This document shows, piece by piece, positions 45,796-54,286 of a DNA stretch of 64,000 bases; position 1 is the stretch's first letter; each line of letters starts with the position of its first letter. A model generated the notes under the pieces. It did not search any database. It was not told where the DNA came from and saw only the letters and a list, made by a program, of their open reading frames with translations. The stretch spans positions 4,164,582 to 4,228,581 of the forward strand of contig NC_014364.1 in assembly GCF_000143985.1 (NCBI RefSeq), given 5' to 3'. A program made the position numbers and the translations under genes. Source of the stretch: Sediminispirochaeta smaragdinae DSM 11293. GTDB lineage: Bacteria; Spirochaetota; Spirochaetia; DSM-16054; Sediminispirochaetaceae.

Positions 45796-47181
45796 CTATT
45801 GCACTCCTCCGTCACGAACCGGAACGTGTACTCCAAATTCATCCAAAAAGATAGGAGTCTGCCCCTCAATGGAGAGGTCCAAAGGAGCCGCGAGGTCAAA
45901 GCCGTCACTCGAACGATCCCACGTTTTCACAACGTGATGGTCAATCGAACAGGAAACCATCAAACGCCTTCCATCAAGGGAAACGCTCCAACCGACAATA
46001 GACGAAGGGATGGCTGCAATCCCCGCAGAGAGCCGTTCAGGCGATTGGGCCCCCTTCTTACGGGCAGGCAGCAGTATATAGGGAATGGAAGAGGGATCAC
46101 GTCCGGCCCTCAACACGATCTCCCCATCTTTCGAAAGCTCCCAGACAGAAGTATCGGCATCTTTTTCCAGCGGTTCGAACATATGATCGATGACAAGCGA
46201 GGATCGACCTTCCGCAGCTTTCAAATTGATCTCAAGTCGATCCCCAACTGCAAAACGGTACCCGAAGGTTCCGTTCCTGACAAAAGGCCGGGGAGTTCCC
46301 CGTCTTCGAATCTCCCCAGAAAGGGTATTCGAGGCGGGATCCAAGCTTCCGTAAAAATGAAACAGAATTTCATAGCTCCTGTTGGGAAACTGATCGCTCC
46401 CAGGCGTGGAAACGGTAGAATCGACATAAAACTCCATCGTGCGGTAAAAGGGAGATGAAAAAGGATAATCCCCGGCACAATTTTCGGGAGGAGGTTCCGG
46501 AAAAAGTTCCAGCAAAACCGTATACACACCATCACGTCCCGGTGCAGTCAAAAGAGCCCCATCCTTAAAATCACCGGCAAGGCCGAAGGCAAAGGGCTCG
46601 CCCTCAAGACTCCACCGCAGAAAGAAATCGGGATTCTCTCCCACATTGGTAAAAAGAAGGCCGTATGTTCCGGGCTCGAGGGAGGCAGCGGGAACAATAT
46701 TGATGAAAGGTATTTCAGGAAGATAGGATTCGGTAAAAAAAGGAATTTCACCTGATTCTATGATTTGATTCTCGGCATCAAAGAGCTCATATCGCAGGAG
46801 GTGATACCCCCTGTGAGATTCTTCCAGCGTAACCGGCGGCAGCTCATCATCCAAAAGCTCCTGAGTAAACTCAACACTCCCGACACTTCGATTATCACGA
46901 TCAAGAATGGTGACGAGCATTCGATCAGGAATAGGCAGTGTCTGCCACTCACTCTTTTTTCTGATCTCAATCACAGCGCCGGGCATGAGAACGGCACCGG
47001 CCTCGACCGAGAGATCAATATACTTACTTTCCGCCTTTTCATTACCGAAGGGAGAAAAAAGATCCGCATCACCGCAACCGGCACATAAAAAAGCAATATA
47101 CGAGAGCACTATAATGGAACGAAGCCTATTCACATAATCCTTCCTATTCGTACTATAGCACAAAATAAGGTAAACAGGCAA
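45796..47181 (-). CDS. Hypothetical lipoprotein
   Basis: 461 aa; lipobox FLCAGC; no recognisable domain. Confidence 0.45.
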   Translation of the reverse strand: MPVYLILCYSTNRKDYVNRLRSIIVLSYIAFLCAGCGDADLFSPFGNEKAESKYIDLSVEAGAVLMPGAVIEIRKKSEWQTLPIPDRMLVTILDRDNRSVGSVEFTQELLDDELPPVTLEESHRGYHLLRYELFDAENQIIESGEIPFFTESYLPEIPFINIVPAASLEPGTYGLLFTNVGENPDFFLRWSLEGEPFAFGLAGDFKDGALLTAPGRDGVYTVLLELFPEPPPENCAGDYPFSSPFYRTMEFYVDSTVSTPGSDQFPNRSYEILFHFYGSLDPASNTLSGEIRRRGTPRPFVRNGTFGYRFAVGDRLEINLKAAEGRSSLVIDHMFEPLEKDADTSVWELSKDGEIVLRAGRDPSSIPYILLPARKKGAQSPERLSAGIAAIPSSIVGWSVSLDGRRLMVSCSIDHHVVKTWDRSSDGFDLAAPLDLSIEGQTPIFLDEFGVHVPVRDGGVQ

Positions 47182-47195
47182 AAATATCTAATACA

Positions 47196-48314
47196 TCAAA
47201 AACTGATTTTACCCCCAAAATGACCGGTACCTTCTAGTGAAAACGGATTATCAAGAAGCCCCGACGTCCCTCCACCGGTAGCGTCATCGATTTCCTTATA
47301 GAGCTTAAACAGATAGCGAACATCGGAGAGTTGGAGTTTCGTTTCGGCATAACTTTTTCCAAAACGGGTGAAAAACTGGGTGGACGAAAGGGTATTATCG
47401 ATGCGGGTCCTGCCAATCCCCTGTTCATGATAGTCTGCAAGTACATCAAGCCGGTAAAAGACCTGTTCGAAAAGAGGCAGGATACTCCTCATCTTGATGA
47501 CGGACGGACTTATCTTTGACTTCACCTGGAAAAGGGTACCGGTGGCATTGGTTCCAGCTTTGCCGTATCGTTCAAGAAGTGCCCTGTTTGCAGCCAGAAG
47601 ACGGTAGGCTTGTTCAAATTTCGGATAGTAGTTTTGGTATTGACGGGCATAGCCGCGAATAAAGGTATCCGCCCCGTTTTTAAAAACATCCATCCGTTTG
47701 GATATCCAATAATTTTTATAGGTATCCAAATCCTCCGGGGCAACCGCAAAAGCGGAAATCTCCGTTTCGGGAACATTTTCCACTACCTGTCCGGGTTCTG
47801 CATAGATGCTGCGCCCCTGAGGATCGGCACATTCCACGGCCCCTTCGTCACAGAGTACAAGGATCCCCCCCTCGGGACTGGACGCCACGTCAAAGCTGGT
47901 TCCACGAATTCCCATGACGGCGCTTTCCGTACGAACATGAAAGCTCTCGTTGCTGGTAAGTTTACGAACACGAAAGGAGAGGCTGCCCTTCATCATGGTG
48001 AAACTGCTCTGCTGTTTTCCACCCACCGCATCATCGGTAAGATAAAAGGCCGTATCGGGACTAACCTGGACGACAGCAGATGTCCCAGAAGCAGTGACGA
48101 CATCGATTTCGGCACTGCCGTCTTTCCCGGTTTCAAGGGTATCATAGGGCTCAAGGTAAAAACCGATATCCACATTCTGCCACTCAAGTTTTTTACCGTC
48201 GCGGTAGACATCGACCGTTCCGTCCAGATAGACAATTTCACCGCTCAGCCGCCCGGCGAACACTATTCCCGTCATCGCCAATGCCACGAACAACAAGCAG
48301 ACAAGCCGTTTCAT
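47196..48314 (-). CDS. FecR domain-containing secreted protein
   Basis: Signal peptide. YDTLETGKDGSAEIDVV...AVVQVSPDTAFYL and FHVRTESAVMGIRGTSFDV match the FecR domain signature. Confidence 0.6.
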   Translation of the reverse strand: MKRLVCLLFVALAMTGIVFAGRLSGEIVYLDGTVDVYRDGKKLEWQNVDIGFYLEPYDTLETGKDGSAEIDVVTASGTSAVVQVSPDTAFYLTDDAVGGKQQSSFTMMKGSLSFRVRKLTSNESFHVRTESAVMGIRGTSFDVASSPEGGILVLCDEGAVECADPQGRSIYAEPGQVVENVPETEISAFAVAPEDLDTYKNYWISKRMDVFKNGADTFIRGYARQYQNYYPKFEQAYRLLAANRALLERYGKAGTNATGTLFQVKSKISPSVIKMRSILPLFEQVFYRLDVLADYHEQGIGRTRIDNTLSSTQFFTRFGKSYAETKLQLSDVRYLFKLYKEIDDATGGGTSGLLDNPFSLEGTGHFGGKISF

Positions 48315-48370
48315 CCACGGTACCCCCTATAACCCTTCGAAGATAAACGTAGCACAAAGAATCCCAAGAT

Positions 48371-49642
48371 TCAAACAGCGCTCTTTTTTGCTTTCTGTTC
48401 GGCCCAAAGTGAGACCAGGTGAATAAGTGTTTCACAAGCCTCAGCCATGATTTCAAGGGACGCCCACTCGAAGCGGCTGTGATAATTATGGCCGCCGGTA
48501 AAGATATTGGGCGTAGGGATACCCATCTCGCTTAATCTGGAACCGTCGGTACCGCCTCTAATGATCTGCCGGACAGGCTCGACACCGCTTTTCGCAACGG
48601 CCGTTTCCAGGAGTTCCATGATATGCGGATCTGCCGCAATATGATCCCGCATATTTGCATACTGCTTTCGAACGTCGACATCAACCGTTCCTCCGGGGAA
48701 GGCCGCCTCAACAGCTTTGGCAAAATAGTTCAGGGCTTCGACCCTCCGCTCCATACCGCTTGTCTCAAAATCCCGCAAATAAACATCGACATAGGCCTTG
48801 TCGAGATCCCCGGAAATTTCAAGGGCCGCATAATAACCGTAGCGATCATCGGTGGCCTCAGGACTCTCGTTCCGGGGAAGCATCGAGACAAAAGCCGACG
48901 CCATGGCAACGGCATTGACCAGTTTGCCGCGGGCGGTACCAAGGTGGATCACCTTGCCGACACAAGAAACCCTTGCGACAGCCGCATTAAAACACTCCCC
49001 CTCGATGATACCCCGCTCCCCTCCGTCCACGGTATAGCAGCAGGAGGCTTTAAGGCTGGAGGGATCAAACCTATCAAGGCCTCTGCCGGTTTCCTCATCG
49101 GGAGTAAAAACAATCTCAAGATCTCCACGGGTAATTTCATCATGAGCAAGGAGCCAGGAGAGGGCCGTCATAATTTCTGAAACCCCAGCCTTGTCATCGG
49201 CACCAAGAAGGGTTGTGCCGTCGGAAGTAATGACGGTCCCCCCTTTGCACTGCAGAAGCTCGGGATAAGAAACGGGATCGAGGATGTACCCTTCCTTAAG
49301 GGATATGACGTTCCCGTCGTAATCACGATGAACCTGCGGCTTCACGTCGACGCCACTCATATCCGGAGAGGTATCGACATGAGCCATCAAGCCGATGGTG
49401 GGAACCTCACCATCTCGGAGATTACCGGGAACACGAGCAACGAGATGTCCCCACTGATCAAGTTCGACATCGGCTATTCCCAGTTCACCGAGCTCTCGTT
49501 TCAACAAATGGAGGAGATCCCACTGTCCCGGGGTCGAAGGCAAGGTTTCGACATGGGGATCACTCATGGTGGTAATCTTTACATAACGAAGGAAGCGTTC
49601 AAGGAGTGCTTCCTTCAACTCGCTTTGTAGTTTTATACTCAT
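48371..49642 (-). CDS. pepT: Peptidase T (tripeptide aminopeptidase, M20B)
   Basis: ERFLRYVKITTMSDP N-terminus, GLMAHVDTSPD, GADDKAGV, FTPDEETG metal-binding motifs. Start at the ATG at 49642 (MSIKLQ) is preferred over the upstream alternative. Confidence 0.85.
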   Translation of the reverse strand: MSIKLQSELKEALLERFLRYVKITTMSDPHVETLPSTPGQWDLLHLLKRELGELGIADVELDQWGHLVARVPGNLRDGEVPTIGLMAHVDTSPDMSGVDVKPQVHRDYDGNVISLKEGYILDPVSYPELLQCKGGTVITSDGTTLLGADDKAGVSEIMTALSWLLAHDEITRGDLEIVFTPDEETGRGLDRFDPSSLKASCCYTVDGGERGIIEGECFNAAVARVSCVGKVIHLGTARGKLVNAVAMASAFVSMLPRNESPEATDDRYGYYAALEISGDLDKAYVDVYLRDFETSGMERRVEALNYFAKAVEAAFPGGTVDVDVRKQYANMRDHIAADPHIMELLETAVAKSGVEPVRQIIRGGTDGSRLSEMGIPTPNIFTGGHNYHSRFEWASLEIMAEACETLIHLVSLWAEQKAKKSAV

Positions 49643-49689
49643 ACCATTCACTATATCGTTACGATTCACGATAGGCAATTCTGTTTTTA

Positions 49690-50640
49690 TTGATCAGGAA
49701 TGATCTCTTTAGTATCTTTATCGATATGAGCATACCACAATACCCGGTCTTTGCACCAATCGATCTATCAATGAGAGGCGAGCTACATCCCGGGCTTTCT
49801 CTCCTCAAGGACGGGATATCGGAATTCACCTTTGCAGGGCTCTTCCTCTTTCGTAAGCGGTACGGCTATGGGCTGAGCAGGCTGCCGGATAATCATCTTG
49901 TCATAAGCGGAACAAGTGAGACAGGAAAGTTTTTTATGCTTCCCTGTGGTATTCCGGAAGATAAACAGATCCTCCGCGCTCTTTTTTCCGAACATCAGTA
50001 TTTAAAGAATTTGCCGGAGCAGTATGCGGAAAAAGAACGGATCAATCTGGAACAGAAGGGCCTGTGTGTCTGTGAGGATAGAGAAAACTTTGATTATCTT
50101 TATCTGAGAAAAAACCTCGCAACCCTTGCAGGAAGGAAATACCACAAAAAGCGAAATCTCGTGAACGCCTTTATTAATAGTTATACCTATGAAGAAAAGT
50201 GGATCGACAAAGAGAATCGCAACGATGCCATGACCATCCTTGATGCATGGAGGAAAGAGCGAGAGGACCCCGGTGATTTTGAAGCGGCAAAGGAGGCTCT
50301 TGAGATGATGGAAGAGCTGGGTCTTATCGGCTGCCTTACCTATGTTGACGGAAGTCCAGCTGCCTACTCCTTGGGTGAGCCCCTGGCAAAAGGAAGGGCC
50401 TTCGCAGTCCACTTTGAAAAGGCCAACGACGATTTCAAGGGAATCTATCAATTTATCAACCGTTCTTTCGCCTCCATGCTTCCCCGTCATTACTGCTATA
50501 TCAATCGAGAACAGGATCTCGGAGATCCCGGACTCCGCCAGGCAAAGATGAGCTATCGACCGGACGCCTTCGTAAAAAAGTTTAAGGTACAACCGGAAGA
50601 ATCCGCCGGCTGCTGTCCTTCGGACCAAACCTCAGAATAG
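49690..50640 (+). CDS. DUF2156 domain protein (homologous to the lysyl-phosphatidylglycerol synthase MprF C-terminal domain; GNAT-like fold)
   Basis: YLRKNLATLAGRKYHKKRNLVNAF matches the conserved DUF2156/LPG-synthase core. No membrane domain. The first codon is TTG; alternative ATG at 49726. Confidence 0.55.
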   Translation: MIRNDLFSIFIDMSIPQYPVFAPIDLSMRGELHPGLSLLKDGISEFTFAGLFLFRKRYGYGLSRLPDNHLVISGTSETGKFFMLPCGIPEDKQILRALFSEHQYLKNLPEQYAEKERINLEQKGLCVCEDRENFDYLYLRKNLATLAGRKYHKKRNLVNAFINSYTYEEKWIDKENRNDAMTILDAWRKEREDPGDFEAAKEALEMMEELGLIGCLTYVDGSPAAYSLGEPLAKGRAFAVHFEKANDDFKGIYQFINRSFASMLPRHYCYINREQDLGDPGLRQAKMSYRPDAFVKKFKVQPEESAGCCPSDQTSE

Positions 50641-50686
50641 CCTACGAAAATGTAATACAATTATGTCGGTATTACATTTTCGTAGG
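50641..50686. promoter_or_regulatory. Perfect 17-bp inverted repeat (cctacgaaaatgtaata N12 tattacattttcgtagg), candidate enhancer/regulator site upstream of glnN
   Basis: Exact reverse-complement arms, about 100 bp upstream of the sigma-54 -24 element. No T tract follows, so it is not a canonical terminator. Confidence 0.35.
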
Positions 50687-50774
50687 CAAAATCCCCTGCC
50701 CTTAGATGCCATTCTATAGCTTAATCATTTTATCTTTTTCCCCGTAAATAAATTACGAAAATCAGCATATAGAA

Positions 50775-50790
50775 TGGCACGCTTTTTGCA
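50775..50790 (+). promoter_or_regulatory. Sigma-54 (RpoN) promoter TGGCAC-N5-TTGCA upstream of glnN
   Basis: Exact -24 GG / -12 GC consensus (tggcacgctttttgca), 43 nt upstream of the glnN ATG. It is preceded by an 11-bp inverted repeat gccattctata...tatagaatggc (50708-50778). Confidence 0.6.
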
Positions 50791-50832
50791 ATACAATATA
50801 CACAAGCGATAGAAATAACTTCGGAGGAAATA

Positions 50833-52968
50833 ATGGCAAACGGAAACATTGATTTCACCAAGACCCCCCTTACTGAACTGTACGGGTCTAACCAATTTAG
50901 CGAAAGTGTCATGCGGCAGCGACTTCCCAAGTCGGTGTTTAAGGAATTACAGGCGGTTATGAAGGGAGAACAGACCTTGACCCTTGAGATCGCCGAGGTC
51001 GTTGCCAGCGCAATGCGGGACTGGGCAATCGAAAAGGGTGCAACGCACTATACCCACTGGTTTCAGCCGATGACGGGGCTGACTGCCGAAAAGCACGATT
51101 CCTTCATAAGTCCTACCTCCGACGGTAAGGTCATCATGGAGTTCTCGGGAAAAGAGCTGATCATGGGAGAGCCGGATGCATCCAGTTTCCCCAGCGGCGG
51201 CCTTCGGGCGACCTTTGAAGCACGAGGGTATACAGCCTGGGACACAACGAGTCCGGCCTTCCTAAAAGAGGACAGAACCGGGGTCACCCTTTACATCCCC
51301 ACCGCCTTTATCAGTTTTCGGGGAGAAGCCCTGGACAAAAAGGTCCCTCTGCTTCGTTCCATGGAAGCGATTGAAAAGCAGTCCCTGCGCATTCTGAAAA
51401 TCCTCGGAAACGACTCCAGCAAGCATGTATTCACTACTGTTGGTCCGGAACAGGAATACTTCCTGGTCGACAAGAGTTTGTACGATAAGCGCCCCGACCT
51501 CATCCTTGCGGGACGAACCCTTTTCGGTGCCATGCCCGCCAAGGGACAGGAGCTTGACGATCATTACTTCGGTTCGATTAAAGAACGAGTCTCCGATTTC
51601 ATGCGGGAATTGAACTATGAACTGTGGAAGCTCGGTATTTCAGCAAAAACCCAGCACAACGAGGTTGCTCCGAACCAGTTCGAGCTTGCAACTATTTTTG
51701 CAAGTGCAAATGTTGCTACCGACAACAACCAGCTTGTGATGGACACCCTGCGCAAGGTTGCCCTTCGCCACGGCCTGGTCGTACTGCTTCACGAGAAGCC
51801 CTTTGCGGGTGTCAACGGTTCTGGAAAGCATAACAACTGGTCGATTGCCACCGACGATGGTATCAATCTCCTCGAGCCCGGTGACAGTCCCCATGAAAAC
51901 GCTCAGTTTTTGCTCTTTCTCGCTGCGGTTATTGAAGCTGTGGACCGTTACGCTCCCCTGCTGAGGGTCTCTGCGGCAAATACAGGAAACGATCATCGCC
52001 TCGGCGCAAACGAGGCACCGCCCGCGATTATTTCGATCTTCCTCGGCGATCAGCTCAGCGATATCCTGGAGGCTGTTTCAGGCGGTGGAACGGTAAAAGC
52101 ACGCGAAGGTGAGATGATGATCATCGGCCAGACAAGCCTGCCGAAGTTTCCCAGGCACATGACCGACAGGAACAGAACAAGCCCCTTCGCTTTTACCGGA
52201 AATAAATTTGAGTTCCGTATGGCAGCTTCCAGCGCCTCGATTGCAGAAATCAACACATTCCTGAATGCAGCTGTTGCCGATGTTCTCGCGGGTTTTGCCG
52301 AACGGCTCGAAACCACAAAGGATGCGGACAAAACCAAGACTATCGCCGAACTGGTCAAAGAGAGCTACAACAACCACAAGCGGGTTGTATTTAACGGGAA
52401 TGGTTACTCCGACGATTGGGTTGCAGAAGCCGAGAAACGGGGCCTTCCCAACATTGCAACAACCGTTGAAGCCATCGAGAGGCTTACCGACGACAGTAAT
52501 ATCGGCGTTTTAAGCCGACACGGTATTCTCAGTAAGGAAGAAATTCTCAGCCGACATGAAATTTATCTTGAAAGCTACAGTAAAAAGATTAACATTGAAG
52601 CTGAAATCATGCTTCGCATGGCACGGCAGTCTATCTATCCGGCGGTCAACCGTTTCATCGCGGAAACTGCGAAACTGATCGGCCAGGTGGGTAGTATCGA
52701 TTCCCAGCTTTCCATGAAGCGCCAGCGCGAGATACTTGCCTACCTTGTGGAAAAAGCCGAAGAACTTGCCGCAGCTGCCGATGTACTTGAAGTAAAAGTA
52801 AAAAGTGCTCAGAGCATAGCCGATCCCTCAAAGCAGGCGAGAAGCTATAGGTTTGATGTCTTTGTCGCCATGAGTACCCTGAGAGCGGCTGGAGATGCCC
52901 TTGAAGAGGCACTTCCCAGGGATGCATGGCCGTTCCCCAACTATGAGGAACTTTTGTTTATGCTCTAA
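50833..52968 (+). CDS. glnN: Glutamine synthetase type III
   Basis: 711 aa; RBS GGAGGA; matches GSIII features (NQFELAT..., HEKPFAGVNGSGKHNNWS). Confidence 0.9.
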   Translation: MANGNIDFTKTPLTELYGSNQFSESVMRQRLPKSVFKELQAVMKGEQTLTLEIAEVVASAMRDWAIEKGATHYTHWFQPMTGLTAEKHDSFISPTSDGKVIMEFSGKELIMGEPDASSFPSGGLRATFEARGYTAWDTTSPAFLKEDRTGVTLYIPTAFISFRGEALDKKVPLLRSMEAIEKQSLRILKILGNDSSKHVFTTVGPEQEYFLVDKSLYDKRPDLILAGRTLFGAMPAKGQELDDHYFGSIKERVSDFMRELNYELWKLGISAKTQHNEVAPNQFELATIFASANVATDNNQLVMDTLRKVALRHGLVVLLHEKPFAGVNGSGKHNNWSIATDDGINLLEPGDSPHENAQFLLFLAAVIEAVDRYAPLLRVSAANTGNDHRLGANEAPPAIISIFLGDQLSDILEAVSGGGTVKAREGEMMIIGQTSLPKFPRHMTDRNRTSPFAFTGNKFEFRMAASSASIAEINTFLNAAVADVLAGFAERLETTKDADKTKTIAELVKESYNNHKRVVFNGNGYSDDWVAEAEKRGLPNIATTVEAIERLTDDSNIGVLSRHGILSKEEILSRHEIYLESYSKKINIEAEIMLRMARQSIYPAVNRFIAETAKLIGQVGSIDSQLSMKRQREILAYLVEKAEELAAAADVLEVKVKSAQSIADPSKQARSYRFDVFVAMSTLRAAGDALEEALPRDAWPFPNYEELLFML

Positions 52969-53010
52969 TCCTTGACTGTATTTTTGTTAAAGGAGAAGAA
53001 TAAAGGGGGT

Positions 53011-53050
53011 CGGGCTGTCCTGCATTGGCTATGCAGGACAGCCCTTTTCA
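53011..53050. terminator. Bidirectional intrinsic terminator between convergent glnN and the aminotransferase gene
   Basis: 14-bp perfect stem gggctgtcctgcat / atgcaggacagccc with a 5-nt loop, followed by ttttcatt on the plus strand and a U-rich run on the minus strand. Confidence 0.6.
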
Positions 53051-53053
53051 TTG

Positions 53054-54274
53054 TTACAGGTGTTCGGCAAAGAGTTCGCCGAGAGTAGCAATGGCGGAAT
53101 TAATCTGCTCCACCGTACTGTTGGTAAAATTCAGGCGCATGGTACCGGCCCCGTCTTCCTTTCGTGTATAAAAGAAACGACCAGGCACATAGGCAACCTT
53201 CCGCTCGATGGCTTTTTCATAAACGGCAAGGCTGTCGAAACCTTCGGGACCTTCCGCCCAGACAAACATTCCACCTTCAGGCTCTGTAAAAAAGAAAGAA
53301 GAAGGGAAGTGTTTTTTCAGCGCTACAAGCATCGCCTCCTGTTTCGGACGATACAGTTCACAGATTTTCGGAATCTGCCGTTTCATATGCCCCTCTCCGA
53401 GGTAGAGCGCGGCAAGGGCCTGTACGAAGGTGCTGGTATGTAAATCGATACTCTGCTTGGCCTTTACCATCCAGGAGATCAAATCCTTCGGGGCTGTCAC
53501 AAATCCCAGTCTGAGGCCGGGAGCAAATGTTTTCGAAAAGGTACCGGAGTAGAGAATATTATCGGAAGCAAGCGAAGCGATCGGTGGTAACGGCTCACCC
53601 CGATAACGAATTGCACCATAGGGATCATCTTCAACAATCAGCAGATTGTGCTTGATCGCAATATCGGCAATGGCCTTTCGTCGCTCCAAACCGATGGATT
53701 TCCCCGTGGGATTCTGGAACGTAGGAACAAGGTAGAAGAACTTCGGCTTCTCTTTCACTGCCACCTCTTCCAGAGATTCCGGAATGACCCCCTCTTCATC
53801 GGTAGCGATATCGACATAGACGGGCTGATAGGGATTAAAGGCTTGAAGCGCCCCCAGGTAGGTAGGGGATTCAACGGCGATCTTATCTCCCGGCATGATG
53901 AAAAGCTTTGCCACGACGTCAAGAATTTGCTGACTTCCGTTGGTGACCAAGATACGATCGGTTTCGGCACTTTTAATATGCCGATCGTTTTTTAAATAAT
54001 CGGAAAGCGCCTCCAACAGGGGAGCAAACCCTTCACTTGTGCCGTACTGAAGTATTGAGTCCTTCCAGGTCGTCAGAGCCTTATCACACAGCTCTTTTAC
54101 CAGCTCAACGGGAAAGGCATCGGGTGAGGGAAGTCCGCCCGCCAAAGAAATCATCCCCGGTTGTGCAGTGACCTTGAGGATCTCACGCAGAATGCTCGAC
54201 TCCATGCATTCCGTCCGTTCCGCATACCTAAATTGTCCCACTACTTGCTCCTCCTGCTTCTCGCGCTTAATCAA
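53054..54274 (-). CDS. PLP-dependent aminotransferase, class I/II (2-aminoadipate/LysN-like)
   Basis: ILREILKVTAQPGMISLAGGLPSP, SFSKTFAPGLRLGF (PLP lysine context) and FYTRKEDGAGTMRLNF. First codon is TTG; alternative ATG at 54205. Confidence 0.85.
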   Translation of the reverse strand: MIKREKQEEQVVGQFRYAERTECMESSILREILKVTAQPGMISLAGGLPSPDAFPVELVKELCDKALTTWKDSILQYGTSEGFAPLLEALSDYLKNDRHIKSAETDRILVTNGSQQILDVVAKLFIMPGDKIAVESPTYLGALQAFNPYQPVYVDIATDEEGVIPESLEEVAVKEKPKFFYLVPTFQNPTGKSIGLERRKAIADIAIKHNLLIVEDDPYGAIRYRGEPLPPIASLASDNILYSGTFSKTFAPGLRLGFVTAPKDLISWMVKAKQSIDLHTSTFVQALAALYLGEGHMKRQIPKICELYRPKQEAMLVALKKHFPSSFFFTEPEGGMFVWAEGPEGFDSLAVYEKAIERKVAYVPGRFFYTRKEDGAGTMRLNFTNSTVEQINSAIATLGELFAEHL

Positions 54275-54286
54275 GACGCATTATTG

